A DNA stretch of 64,000 nt from Amphiscolops sp. MND2022 (Eukaryota): contig OZ076409.1 of NCBI GenBank assembly GCA_964187785.1, positions 71,736,001 to 71,800,000 of the forward strand, given 5' to 3'. This document shows, piece by piece, positions 9,281-23,283 of this stretch. Made by a program: the position numbers and the translations under genes. The notes under the pieces were generated by a model, which was given only the letters and a program-made list of their open reading frames with translations, was not told the DNA's origin and did not search any database. Within the stretch, counting starts at the first letter, position 1. Each line of letters opens with the position of its first letter.

Positions 9281-11272
9281 GTGGGCGGGGGTAATTCCCC
9301 AACAAAAAAATCGGCCGGCGGGTCGGGTCCTGCCGGCCGTCCAAAATCAAAATCCTCCTAGTAGAAAACGGCCGGTCAAACGAGCTATTTTTTTATTTAA
9401 CCGTTAGAATTTGGGTTTAGATTGCATGCGGCCATGAAATGGCCATACGAATGGAAGTTCCTGCTGACGTTTTGCGATTGAAACACTTTATAAAAAGTTA
9501 TGGCCCATTTTTCACTCATCGAGAAGGGTAAAATGAGGAAATTTTTAACAAAGTTGCTGATAATTCAAAATACAATAATTTTTGGACTTTGACTAAGAAA
9601 CAAGCTCGGAACAGTCATTTCGTGGCTGTGGCATTGCACTGAACACAAAAGATGCAAAGTTTTTATATTTTTTGAAAATTCGACATTTTTGAAATTTTTT
9701 TCACTACTATCAGTACCCCATATGTCAAAAACACCTCAGAAAAAAATTTTTATTTGCTTTAAATTGGAAACCTTGGTATCCATGGTTTCTGTTGGAACCT
9801 ACTCGCAGCCAAACACCCAACAGTTTGCATCCAATGTGAAATAAAAAATTTTTTCGAGGTCATAAGCGTTTCACAAGGTTTTCATGATTTAGTATTAAAT
9901 TACAAAGTGGTCATTTTAAACATAAAATTTTGGTCCAGGCATGTCGGATATAGTCTGAATGCTCACGAACGGTCCTACTGGCAACGTAGGAACCATTTAT
10001 AGTAATAAAAAGTATTAAAAAATTTTTTTCACCCGGTCTTCAGTCATTTTTCAGACATTCGGAACTTAACTTAGAAAATTTTCGAACCAAATACCCATTT
10101 TTTGTCAGGTCGAAAATTGAAATTCAGCTATTAAAGCAAAATTTTTTACTCTGACGTAACCAGTGGGGTCCATGATACTCAAAAATACGATTGGGACTGG
10201 TACCAATGGCTCCTATATCATATGAGCCGCGATAAGACGTTATTTTGAGCAATACGTCTCAATTGAGGTAAACATCTCGCAAGCCTGGGATCACAGTGAA
10301 ATGTAATTTCATCAAAAAATTACTCATTTTCGTCAATCACTATGTGCATAGAGTGGGTAGGGTGAGTTCCAACACTATAATGAGGTTTTTGAAGGCATCG
10401 GGTTGCTCAAGGGGTGGTATGAGTCATTACTTTCCTATATACAACTGTATTTTCAAAAACTTTTAGCCCATTATCTGGAAAAACTAACTTGACAAAATAC
10501 TTTCAATTACTTTATTCAAAGGTTACAATATAGATGAACCCTGTGGTTGATCAGAAACTTTCATCTCTTTCGTTTTCCGAAATAACTCCTTTCAAATGTG
10601 TTACATTTGTAGCAGGAAAAAAAACTGAAACTAAAAAATACGCTATTTTGCTGAGATAGAATCGCAATGGTTGCGCCTAAAATCTCTTTAAATACTTCTA
10701 ACGCGACCTTACGGACCCAAAATGATTAAAAATGCCATTCACAAGGCTGACATGTGCTCTTTCTACGATCCTGGCTGGACAAGTTTTGCATTTTTTTCAA
10801 GTACCTGTTAACTGAACATTGTGATAGCCTTTCAAGTTGGCCTTGTGTCAACTTGGGAAGGCTGTCACATCAAAAAACTGTCAACAAAAATACCATTTGT
10901 TTATAAGATATTGCTGTCGATGCTTCACTTCGTGATTCGATCATGTCGTGAGTTCCTTCCATCAGGTCAGCTAACATTTGGATTCAGTGTTTGATAAGAA
11001 CCTATGATTTTCATGACAATTTTTGTTTTTTTTTTTGCAAACAAAAAGTACGAATAAATGATATAAAACATATTTGTAACCTTTAGGAAGTTTAACTTTA
11101 CCTTTATTTACCGTTACCATCACCACCCACCCCCTACGATCTCGCAGTGTCCTCATTACAACGCCACATAGTGTAGCGACGCCCACAGTCTGTGGGCATG
11201 CCGAGGCATGCCCTTCGACGACGTATGGCAAATATAGCGTTAGCCCGCGGTCACTACCGCGGTAGCAGCTAG
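9281..11272 (+). repeat. Unit U4, family A (1992 bp; head H3, tail T3 CCGCGGT-CACT-ACCGCGG)
   Basis: Junction to junction; body similar to U14. Confidence 0.95.
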
Positions 11273-13255
11273 GTGGGCGGGGGTAATTCCCCTTCAAAAA
11301 ATTCGGCCGGCGGGTTGGGTCCTGCCGGACGTCAAATAGTGTGAAACATCCAGTAGGAAACGGCGACATTTATCAGCGATTTTAAAATTGAACCGTTAGA
11401 ATTTGGACTTGGAGTGCATGCGGGCCCAAAATGCCCATACGAATCGAAGTTCCTGCTGACGTTAAGCGATAAAAACACTTTATAAAAAGTTATGGCCCAT
11501 TTTACGTTCACTTAGAGAGGTAAAATGAGGAAAATTTTAACAAAGTTGCTGATAACTCAAAATACATTAATTTTTGGACTTTGACTGTGAAACAAGCTTG
11601 GAACCTTCATTTCGTGGCTGTGGCATTGCACTGAACACAAAAGATGTAAAGTTTTCACATTTTTTGAAAATTCGACATTTTTGAATTTTTTTCACTACTA
11701 TCAGTACACTATATGTCAAAAACACCTCAGAAAAAAATTTTTATTTGCTTAAATTTAGAAACCTCGGTATCCATGGTTTCCGTCAGTACCTACTCGCAGC
11801 CAAACACTCAACAAATTGCATCCAATGTGAAAATAAAATTTTTTTCGGGGTCATAAGCGTTTCACAAGGATTTCTCAACTTAGTATTAATTTACAAAATG
11901 GTCATTTTGAACACAATATTTTCATCGAGGCTTGTCGGCTATAGCCTTAATGTTCTAGAACGGTCCCACTGGCAACGTAGGAACCATTTATAGTAATAGA
12001 AAGTTTTAAAAAAATTTTTTCATCCGGTCTTCAGTCATTTTTCAGTCATTCGGAACTTAACTTAGAAAAATTTCGACCAAAATACCCATTTTTTGTCAGG
12101 TCGAAAATTCAAATTCAGATTTTTAAGCAAAATTATTAACTCTGACGTAACTCATGGGGCCCATGATACTCAAAACAACAATTGACACTGGTATCAATGG
12201 CTCCAATAACATATGAGTCGCGATAAGACGTTATTTTGAGCAATACGTCTCAATTGAGGTAAAGATCTCGCAAGCCAGCGATCACTGTGAAATGTGATTT
12301 CATCAAAAATTTACTCATTTTTGTCAATCACTATGTGCACAGAATGCGTAGGGTGCGTTTCAGCACTATAATGAGGTATTTGAAAGCATCGAGTTGCTCA
12401 AGGGGTGGTATGAGACCTTTTTGTCCCATATACTTCTGTATTTTCCAAAATTTTTAGCCCAATATCTGGAAATACAAACATGACAAAATACTTTCAACTA
12501 CTTTATTCAAAGGTTACAATATAGATGAACACTGTGGTTGATCAGAAACTTTCATCTCTTTCGTTTTCCGAAATATTTCCCTTCGCATGTGTTACATTTG
12601 TAGCAGAAAAAAAATCGATACAGAAAAATACGCTATTTTGCTAATATAGAATCGCAATGATTGTGCCTAAAAACTCTTTAAACACTTCTAACGCGACCTT
12701 ACGCACCCAAAAAGATCGAAAAGGCTATTCACAATGGTGACTTGTGCTCTTTCAACGATCCTGACTGAACAATTTTCGCAAATTATTCAAGTACCTGTTA
12801 ACTGAATCTCGTGATAGCCTTTTAAGTTGGCCTTGTGTCAACTTGGGAAGGCTATCACATCAAAAAATTTTCAACAAAAATACTTTTTGTTTATTGAAAA
12901 TGACAGTCGATATATAATTTCGTGATTCTATGCTACCGTTAGTACCTTCCATTAAGTCACCTGACGATTGCATTCAGTCTTTGATAAATACCTATGAACT
13001 CGAAGTCATATTTATAAATTTTTTGCTAAAAATAAACATCAAAATTATCCAAATTTATTAAAATTGAGTCTTTATTGTTTTTGTTTCTCTTTTTCTACTG
13101 TTATTAGGCCCATCAACTTCCTACAGCCACGCTCTCTGTCATACTGTACAACGCCACATAGTGTTGCGACGTGCACGGTCTGTGGGCATGCCGAGGCATG
13201 CCCTTCGACGACGTATGCCGAATACCGCGGGCCTACGCCCGCGCTCCCCGGCTAG
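11273..13255 (+). repeat. Unit U5, family A (1983 bp; H2, T1)
   Basis: Junction to junction. Confidence 0.95.
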
Positions 13256-15240
13256 GTGGGCGGGGGTAATTCCCCAACAAAAATTACGGCCGGCGGGTTG
13301 GGTCCTGCCGGACGTCAAATAGCAAAGAATATCTAGTAGGAAACGGCGACACAGAATCGCGATTTTTAAATCTAACCACAATTTTTTGGACTTGGAGTGC
13401 ATGCGGCCCTGAAATGCCTATACGAATCGAAGTTCCTGCTGACGTTAAGCGATTGAAACAATATATAAAAAGTTATGGCCCATTTTTCACTCACATAGAA
13501 GGGTAAAATGAGGAAATTTTTAACAAAGTCGCTGATAACTCAAATTGTGTTAATTTTTGGACATTGACTGTGAAACAAGCTTGGAACCTTCATTTCGTGG
13601 CTGTGGCATTGCACTGAACACAAAAGATGTAAAGTTTTTAAATTTTTTGAAAATTCGACATTTTCGAAATTTTTTTCACTACTATCAGTACCCCATATGT
13701 CACAAACGCCTCAGAAAAATATTTTTATTTGCTTTAAATTGGAAACCTTGGTATCCATGGTTTCTGTCGGAACCTACTCGCAGCCAAACACCCAACAGTT
13801 TGCATCCAATGTGGAAATAAAAAATTTTTCGGGGTCAAAAGCATTTCACAAGGATTTCTCAACTTAGTATTAATTTACAAAATGGTCATTTTGAACACAA
13901 TATTTTCATCGAGGCTTGTCGGCTATAGCCTTAATGTTCTAGAACGGTCCCACTGGCAACGTAGGAACCATTTATAGTAATAGAAAGTTTTAAAAAATAT
14001 ATTTTCACCAGGTCTTCAGTCATTTTTCAGTCATTCGGAACTTAACTTAGAAAAATTTCGACCAAAATACCCATTTTTTGTCAGGTCGAAAATTCAAATT
14101 CAGATTTTTAAACAAAATTATTAACTCTGACGTAACCCATGGGGCCTATGATACTCAAAACAACGATTGACACTGGTATCAATGGCTCCAATAACATATG
14201 AGTCGCGATCGGACGTTTTTTTGAGCAATACGTCTCAATTGAGGTAAAGATCTCGCAAGCCAGCGATCACTGTGAAATGCGATTTCATCAAAAATTTACT
14301 CATTTTTGTCAATCAATATGTGCACAGAATGCGTAGGGTGCGTTTCAGCACTATAATGATGTTTTTGAATGCATCGAGTTGCTCAAGGGGTGGTATGAGA
14401 CATTTTTGTTCCATATACTACTGTATTTTACAAAATTTTTAGCCCAATATCTGGAAATACAAACTTGACAAAATACTTTCAACTACTTTATTCAAAGGTT
14501 ACAATATAGATGAACACTGTGGTTGATCAGAAACTTTCATCTCTTTCGTTTTCCGAAATATTTTCCTTCGCATGTGTTATATTTGCATCAGAAAAAAAAT
14601 CGAAACTGAAAAATACGCTATTTTGCTAATATAGAATCGCAATGATTGTGCCTAAAAACTCTTTAAACACTTCTAACGCGACCTTACGCACCCAAAATGA
14701 TCGAAAATGCTATTCACAATGGTGACATGTGCCCTTTCAACGATCCTGGCTGGACAAGGTTTGCATATTTTTCAAGTACCTGTCAGCTGAATCTTGTGAT
14801 AGCCTTTTAAGTTGGCCTTGTGTCAACTTGGGAAGGCTATCACATCAAACAACCATCAACAAAAATAATTGTTGTTTATTGGATATTACAGTTGATACCT
14901 TATTTCGTGATTCTATACTACCGTTAGTATATTCCATGAGGTCACCTTACGATTGCATTCAGACTTTGATAAAAACCTATGAACTCAAAGTCACATTTAT
15001 ATATTTTTTCCCAAAAAAATCATCAAAAATATCTAAAATATATAAAATAGAGTCTTTAACATTTTTACGTTTCAAGTTTCTGCCGTTATTAAGCCAATCA
15101 ACGTCCTAGAGCCACATCCTGTCACATACTGTACAACGCCACATAGTGTTGCGACGTGCACAGTCTGTGGGCATGCCGAGGCATGCCCTTCGACGACGTA
15201 TGCCGAATACCGCGGGCCTACGCCCGCGCTCCCCGGCTAG
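13256..15240 (+). repeat. Unit U6, family A (1985 bp; H1, T1)
   Basis: Junction to junction. Confidence 0.95.
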
Positions 15241-17223
15241 GTGGGCGGGGGTAATTCCCCTTCAAAAAATTCGGCCGGCGGGTTGGGTCCTGCCGGACGT
15301 CAAATAGTGTGAAACATCCAGTAGGAAACGGCGACATAAATCAGCGATTTTAAAATTTAACCGTTAGAATTCGGACTTGGAGTGCATGCGGCCCCAAAAT
15401 GCCCATACGAATCGAAGTTCCTGCTGACGTTAAGCGATAAAAACACTTTATAAAAAGTTATGGCCTGTTTTACGTTCACTTAGAGAGGTAAAATGAGGAA
15501 AAATTTAACAAAGCTGCTGATAACTCAAAATACATTAATTTTTGGACTTTGACTGTGAACCAAGCTTGGAACCTTCATTTCGTGGCTGTGGCATTGCACT
15601 AAACACAAAAGATGTAAAGTTTTTACATTTTCTGAAAATTCGACATTTTTGAAATTTTTTTCACTACTATCAGTACCCCATATTTCAAAAACGCCTCAGA
15701 AAAATATTTTTATTTGCTTTAACTTGGAAACCTTGGTATCCATGGTTTCTGTCGGAACCTACTCGCAGCCAAACACCCAACAGTTTGCATCCAATGTGAA
15801 AATAAATATTTTTTCGGGGTCATAAGCGTTTCACAAGGATTTCTCAACTTAGTTTTTATTTACAAATTGGTCATTTTGAACACACTATTTTCATCGAGGC
15901 TTGTCGGCTATAGCCTTAATGTTCTAGAACGGTCCCACTGGCAACGTAGGAACCATTTATAGTAATAGAAAGTTTTAAAAAAATATTTTCACCCGGTCTT
16001 CAGTCATTTTTCAGTCATTCGGAACTTAACTTAGAAAAATTTCGACCAAAATACCCATTTTTTGTCAGGTCGAAAATTCAAAATCAGATTTTTAAGCAAA
16101 ATTATTAACTCTGACGTAACCCATGGGGCCCATGATACTCAAAACAACGATTGACACTGGTATCAATGGCTCCAATAACATATGAGTCGCGATAAGACGT
16201 TATTTTGAGCAATACGTCTCAATTGAGGTAAAGATCTCGCAAGCCAGCGATCACTGTAAAATGCGATTTCATCAAAAATTTACCCATATTTGTCAATCAC
16301 TATGTGCACAGAATGCGTAGGGTGCGTTTCAGCATTATAATGAGGTTCTTGAAGGCATCGAGTTGCTCAAGGGGTGGTATGAGACATTTTTGTCCCATAT
16401 ACTACTGTATTTTCCAAAAATTTTAGCCCAATATCTGGAAATACAAACTTGACAAAATACTTTCAACTACTTTATTCAAAGGTTACATTATAGATGAACA
16501 CTGTGGTTGATCAGAAACTTTCATCTCTTTCGTTTTCCGAAATATTTCCCTTCGCATGTGTTTTATTTGTAGCAGAAAAAAAAATCGAAACTGAAAAATA
16601 CGCTATTTTGGTAATATAGAATCGCAATGATTGTGCCTAAAAACTCTTTAAACACTTCTAACGCAACCTTACGCACCCAAAATGATCGAAAATGCTATTC
16701 ACAATGGTGACATGTGCTCTTTCTACGATCCTGGCTGAACAAGGTTTGCATATTTTTCAAGTACCTGTCAGCTGAATCTTGTGATAGCCTTTTAAGTTGG
16801 CCTTGTGTCAACTTGGGAAGGCTATCACATCAAACAACCATCAACAAAAATAGTTTTTGTTTATTGGATATTACAGTCGATACGTTTTTCGTGATTCTAT
16901 ACTACCGTTAGTACATTCCATCAGGTCACCTTACGATTGCATTCACTCTTTGATAAAAACATATGAACTCAAAGTCACATTTATATACTTTTGGCCCAAC
17001 AAAATTATCAAAAACATCTAAAACACATAAAATAAAGTCTTTAACATTTTTACGTTTCAAGTTTCAACCGTTATTAAGCCAATCAACGTCCTAGAGCCAC
17101 ATCCTGTCATACTGTACAACGCCACATAGTGTTGCGACGTTCACGGTCTGTGGGCATGCCGAGGCATGCCCTTCGACGACGTATGCCGAATACCGCGGGC
17201 CGACGCCCGCGCTCCCCGGCTAG
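15241..17223 (+). repeat. Unit U7, family A (1983 bp; H2, T1)
   Basis: Junction to junction. Confidence 0.95.
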
Positions 17224-20016
17224 GTGGCGGGGGGCTGTCCCCAATAGAATATAGTGAGGTAGGGTAGGGTTCCCTACCGAACATTCAGTACTGAAAGACT
17301 CTTGTAGTATGAAAATTTTTCGATGTTTTGAGACCGATTTCGGATTCCACCCGTCAGAAGTTTATGATTTTTTGGCCCCCACCCAGATTTTGGGCACTGA
17401 TCGCCCCCCACCAGGTTCCATACCCGTGGTTTCGTTGTGACGGGTACACGAGCGACCGTTAGGGGTCAATCAGGGGGTAAAATTTATAAAAGTGTGAATA
17501 ACTTTTCCCCCCGTCGTTTTAGCAGGTCCGGTCACTAGTAAAGGTTTGTTGGGCATCATGCAGTGGGTACGGGGGGCCAAACAAAAATTTTCTATCTTGC
17601 ACCGTTACGGACTTGGCCCCCCGCCCAAACCGCTATTTTACCGGAAATTGCACTTTTTGACCGGGAAGGAGTCGTCTGAGCGCGGAGTCATTTGGTAATG
17701 TTTTGTAGAGCATCTGGAGACGTGGTGGGGGACATGTAGTTTGCCGACCCCAGTTTACCCCTCGGACGGGAAATGACCGTTATGTGAGTTTCAAAAATGC
17801 CCCCCTCCAATTTTCCCCGCAATTTCCGGTGTGAAGGAGTCGGAATAGCGTGTCGAGTGCTATATATCAAAAGTAGCTTTAAACAAGGACCTATCAGAAA
17901 CATGTGGTTTGGGACACTTTGAACGGACCCGTTAGCCGGAAATAGGGTGACCGCCTCCTTTTTTTGGTGGTAAAACCGTAAAACGGGCATTAAAGTGTAA
18001 TTATCTCGTGAACGCGTGGAGCAATCGTGTCCATCACTCCTACAAGGTTTCATACCCATGACATGGTGCCTTCAGGGGGGCAAACAGATCAGCGCTATCT
18101 ATCACCGTTACGGACTTTGCCCCCCAGCCTAACCGCTATATTACCGGAAATTGCCCTTTTTGACCGGGAAGGAGTCGTCTGAGAGTGGAGTCGTTAAGTA
18201 ATGTTTTGTAGAGCATCTAGAGACGTGTTGGGGGACATGTAGTTTGCCGACCCCGGTTTACCCCTCGGACGGGAAATTACCGTTATGTGAGTTTTAAAAT
18301 TGACCCCCTTCAACTTTCCCCGTTATTTCCGATGTGAAGGAGTGAGGGTAGCGCGTCGGGTGTCATATATCAAAAGTAGGTTAAGACAAGGACCAACCGG
18401 GAACATGTTGTTTGGGACCCTCTGGCCCAACCCGTTAGCCGTTATAAGGGTGATCGCCTCCTTTTTTTACTGCTAAAACCGGAAAACGGGCATTGAGGGG
18501 TAAATATCTCGTGAACGCGTGGAGCAATCGTGTCCATCACTACTACAAGGTTTCATACCCATGATACGGTGCCTTCAGGGGGGAAAACAGATTACCGCTA
18601 TATATCACCGTTACGGACTTGGCCCCCCAGCCTAACCGCTATGTGACCGGAAATGTCATTTTTTGAGCCAAAAGGGTTGGTCCCAGCGTGGGAACGTCAG
18701 GTAACTTTATGTAGAACTCAATGAGACGAGTTGGGGGATATAGTTTTAGTCACCCCCCGTTGACCCGTTGGACCGGAAACGACCGTTATGTAGTGAAAAA
18801 TGTTATTTTTATACTTTTTGAAGGCCATTTAGGGCAGGAAGTATCGGTAATATGTCTTTGGACAGTATACAATGAAAGTTTTGGTGTGAAACGAGCAATC
18901 TGAAATAACCGTTATTATGATTCGGAAGTCACACTAACAGCGAAAATGACCGTTATGTAGTGAAAATTTTTTTCACAATTTTTTTATTTTCGATAGGTCC
19001 TTCAAGCCAGGAAGTAGCTGTATTAGGTCTTTGGTCACTTTATGATGATTGTGGTGTTGTGAGATGACCGTACGAACTTGACCGTTATAATGCCCCTGAA
19101 GTTGCGGCGGCACGAGAAATTTCAGAAAGTTTGTCTTTTCTGTGTTTTGTTGGAATAAACATGTAATTTCATCAAACCAAAGTGCATTCAGGGTGTCAGA
19201 AAGCTTCAAGAAAAGAATTTGACAGGAAACATGAGGTGAGAAAAAGGAAAATGCCACGGAAATCCAACCCGTTGGGAAGTAAAGATAATAAATTGGTTTG
19301 GAAGTGCCAATCGACGTGTAATTGCGGATCATAGCTACGATATTGTCTCTTTTGTTTCTTTTTGAAGACTTTGAACATTTTCACTTTATCAGCTTTATGA
19401 AGTTTCGACTCCATTAACTCAATAACCGTTACAATATGATAGCCCTCAAGTTGACCTTGTGTCAACTTGAAAGGGCTATCCTTTCACAACTGCGCAGCGA
19501 CAGTGTGATTGAGTGTTTTTGTTATTATCCATAGCCAATTTGAACTTCAACAAAAGTTTAACCATAGTTAAAAAATTTCATATGATTCTTTTAAAAGGAT
19601 AAGTAAGAAACAAATGTTTGACAAAAAACTTTCAACCTTTAATTTGTGGACTGAATATCAGGAAAACCATGTCTCCTAACGTTGTTGGATGAAATTCAAC
19701 ATGATTCTTTTAATAGGATAACAAAGTTTGACAACATATTTTTTTATATTCTTTCGTTGGTGCTCTACATTTTAGGAAAACGAATTTTCCAACAAATATT
19801 GTTGGCTGATGCCTGTTCATAGTGGCTTGAAAATTTCACCAACTGTAATGCTTTTTATCAAAGGTGAAACCGCTCCTTACCGTCGCATAATGTAATTCAA
19901 GCCGACGCCCACATGCCAACATCAACGCCCACCGTCCGTAGGCATGCCGAGGCATGCCTTTCGACGACGTATGCCAAATCACGCCCCTGCGAGGTCACTA
20001 AAGCGGTAGCGGCTAG
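17224..20016 (+). repeat. Unit U8, family C (2793 bp, GC-richer, related to family E)
   Basis: Starts GTGGCGGGGGGCTGTCCCC. Interior is unrelated to A. Has a hairpin alpha variant (19438-19480) and the conserved tail. Confidence 0.93.
17600..18830 (+). repeat. Internal 503-bp tandem repeat (about 2.4 copies) of family C
   Basis: CACCGTTACGGACTT at 17600, 18103 and 18606. End is approximate. Confidence 0.9.
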
Positions 20017-21294
20017 GTGGTCGTTAGCATGGGATTTTCTTTATGAGCGTAGTCCACTTTTTTTAGGCCGGGGTAGGGTCCCGGGCCGTTACCAATTTCT
20101 TACGGAGGAAAAATGTGAAAATCTGCGAGTTTAAAAAATTGGCCCGTACGATTTGGCTGAAAATTGGCATACAGCATCGTCTTGGTAAACAAATGACTTT
20201 GTCCTAGTGACATTTTGCCCAGAAAATTCAAAAAGTTGGTCAAATTGAAAATTTTTTGACCGTCTAAGGCTAAAATTTGACTTTTTCGCTTTTTTTGGTC
20301 AATTTCCTCAGAACTGGTTGATTTTGGTGAAGTAAGTCATAAGAGGTTATAAGGTCTGCAAATAGCCATCAATTGGCTTGCATAATCAGATTTTGTCAAA
20401 AGTGTTTAGTTTTTTCAAAATTTCACACTTTTTTTTCATTTCAGTGTTTTTTGATACAATTTATTGAATTTTTACTAAGTTCCACTAAATATTTTTAAAA
20501 TGTTTTTAAAAAACCTTTTTTTGCACGTTTTTGATGTTTTTTGCTCTCCCATATAGGTTTTCGCATACGGGGAACCTGAATCTGACAACGAAATAATTTT
20601 ATTCCGCAGTTCAACTTACGCCATTTTTAATAGTGAAAAATCACTCATTTTCAATCTAACGAGTGAAAATATCAGAATTTAAAAACCTAAAGTTGAGTTT
20701 AAGGCGACTTACAGGTAGAAACAAATGCTCAGAAACAAACTGATTTCTTGTATTAGCTAAAGAAAGCCTTTAAAATTCTTTTTACTTTCTTTAAATCAAA
20801 ATTCGACACTTTTCATGAAAGTTGTCAGTGGAAAAAATTTATCATTTTTTAAATTAAAAACTTGCTTTGTTGGTCATTTCCGTTAGTCATTAGTAGCTGT
20901 GTAATGCTCCAAAGCCTTTCAAGTTCTTTTGACCCTATTTGAAAATTTTTGATACTGCATAATCAATCCGAGAGAACGAAACAGTTGTGTACATTCCATC
21001 TCCCTCTTGGGGGAGATGAGAATGTACTTCCTAAAGTCTAGGTACTACAGATCATATTTGGTTTTATGCGACGCCCTCTATGCTAGTGCATATAAATACA
21101 AGTTGTTTGGCTGGATTTTGCTTCTGACTTGACGTATACTGTACGTTTGGTACTGACAATACCCATCATTTACATAACAAACGTCAACGCCACATACCCT
21201 TACCAACGCCCATAGTCCGTAGGCATGCCGAGGCATGCCTTTCGACGACGCGCGCCAAACACAAGCGCGCCCGCACTTTTGCGGTAGCGGCTAG
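20017..21294 (+). repeat. Unit U9, family D (1278 bp)
   Basis: Starts GTGGTCGTTAGCATGG. Hairpin beta at 20989-21027. Homologous to U25. Confidence 0.93.
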
Positions 21295-23283
21295 GTGGGC
21301 GGGGGTAATTCCCCAACAAAAATTACGGCCGGCGGGTTGGGTCCTGCCGGACGTTCAAATAGCGCGAAGCATCTAGTAGAAAACAAGGAGTCCTGAAACA
21401 GCGATTTTAAAATTGAACCGTTAGAATTTGGTTTTAGATTGCATGCGGCCCTAAAATCCCCATACGAATGGAAGTTCCTGCTGGCGTTAAGCGATTGAAA
21501 TAATATATAAAAAGTTATGGCCCATTTTTGGGTCACCGAGAAGGTCAAAATGAAGAAAATTTTAACTAAGTTGCTGATAACTCAAAATGTGTTAATTTTT
21601 GGACTTTGACTGTGAAACAAGCTTGGAACCTTCATTTCGTGTCTGTGGCATTGCACTGAACACAAAAGATGTAAAGTTTTCACATTTTTTGAAAATTCGA
21701 CATTTTTGAATTTTTTTTCACTACTATCAGTACACTATATGTCAAAAACACCTCTGAAAATTTTTTTTTATTGCTTAAATTTAGCAACCTCGGTATCCAT
21801 GGTTTCCGTCAGTACCTACTCGCTGCCAAACACTCAACAGTTTGCATCCAATGTGAAAATAAAATTATTTTCGAGGTCTTAGGTGTTTCACAAGGATTTC
21901 TCAACTTAGTATCAATTTACAAATTGGTCATTTTGAACACATTATTTTCATCGAAGCGTGTCATATACCGTCCTAATGCTCACGAACGGGCCTACTGGCA
22001 ACGTTGGAACCATTTATAGTAATAAAAAGTTTTAAAAAAATTTTTTCACCCCGTCTTCAGTCATTTTACACACTTTCGGAACTTAACTTAGAAAAATTTC
22101 AACCAAAAACCCATTTTTTGTCAAGTCGAAAATTCAACTTCAGCTTTTTAAGCAAAATAAATAAATCTGACATAACCAGTGGGGCCCATGAAACTCAAAA
22201 CCACGATTGAGACTGGTATCAATGGCTCCAATAACATATGAGTCGCGATAAGACGCTATTTTGAGCAAAACATCTCAATTGAGGTAAAGATCTCGCAAGC
22301 CAGCGATCACTGTGAAATGTGATTTCATCAAAAATTTACTCTTTTTTGTCAATCACTATGTGCACAGAATGCGTAGGGTGCGTTTCAGCACTATAATGAG
22401 GTTTTTGAAGGCATCGAGTTGCTCAAGGGGTGGTATGAGACATTTTTGTCCCATATACTACTGTAGTTTCCAAAAATTTTACCCCAATATCTGGAAATAC
22501 AAACTTGACAAAATACTTTCAATTACTTTATTCAAAGGTTACAATATAGATGAACACTGTGGTTGATAAGAAACTTTCATCTCTTTCGTTTTCGGAAATA
22601 TTTCCGTTCGCATGTGTTACATTCATAGCAGAAAAAAAAATCGAAACTGAAAAATATGCTATTTTGCTGATATAGAATCGCAATGATTGTGCCTAAAAAC
22701 TCTTTAAACACTTCTAACGCAACCTTACGCACCCAAAATGATCGAAAATGCTATTCACAATGGTGACATGTGCTCTTTCTACGATCCTGGCTGGACAAGG
22801 TTTGCATATTTTTCAAGTACCTGTCAGCTAAATCTTGTGATAGCCTTTTCAGTTGGCCTTGTGTCAACTTGGGAAGGCTATCACATCAAAAAACCATCAA
22901 CAAAAATAATTTTTGTTTATTGGATCTTACAGTCGATACTTTTTTTCGTGATTCTATACTACCGTTAGTATATTTCATCAGGTCACCTTACGATTGCATT
23001 CAGTCTTTGATAAAAACCTATGAACTCAAAGTCACATTTATATAGTTTTTTGCCAGAAAATAACATCAAAAATATCTAAAATATATAAAATAGAGTCTTT
23101 AACATTTTTACGTTTCAAGTTTTTGCCGTTATTAGACCAATCAACGTCCTAGAGCCACATCCTGCCACATACTGTACAACGCCACATAGTGTTGCGACGT
23201 GCACAGTCTGTGGGCATGCCGAGGCATGCCCTTCGACGACGTATGCCGAATACCGCGGGCCTACGCCCGCGCTCCCCGGCTAG
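21295..23283 (+). repeat. Unit U10, family A (1989 bp; head H4, T1)
   Basis: Junction to junction; closely similar to U23. Confidence 0.95.
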
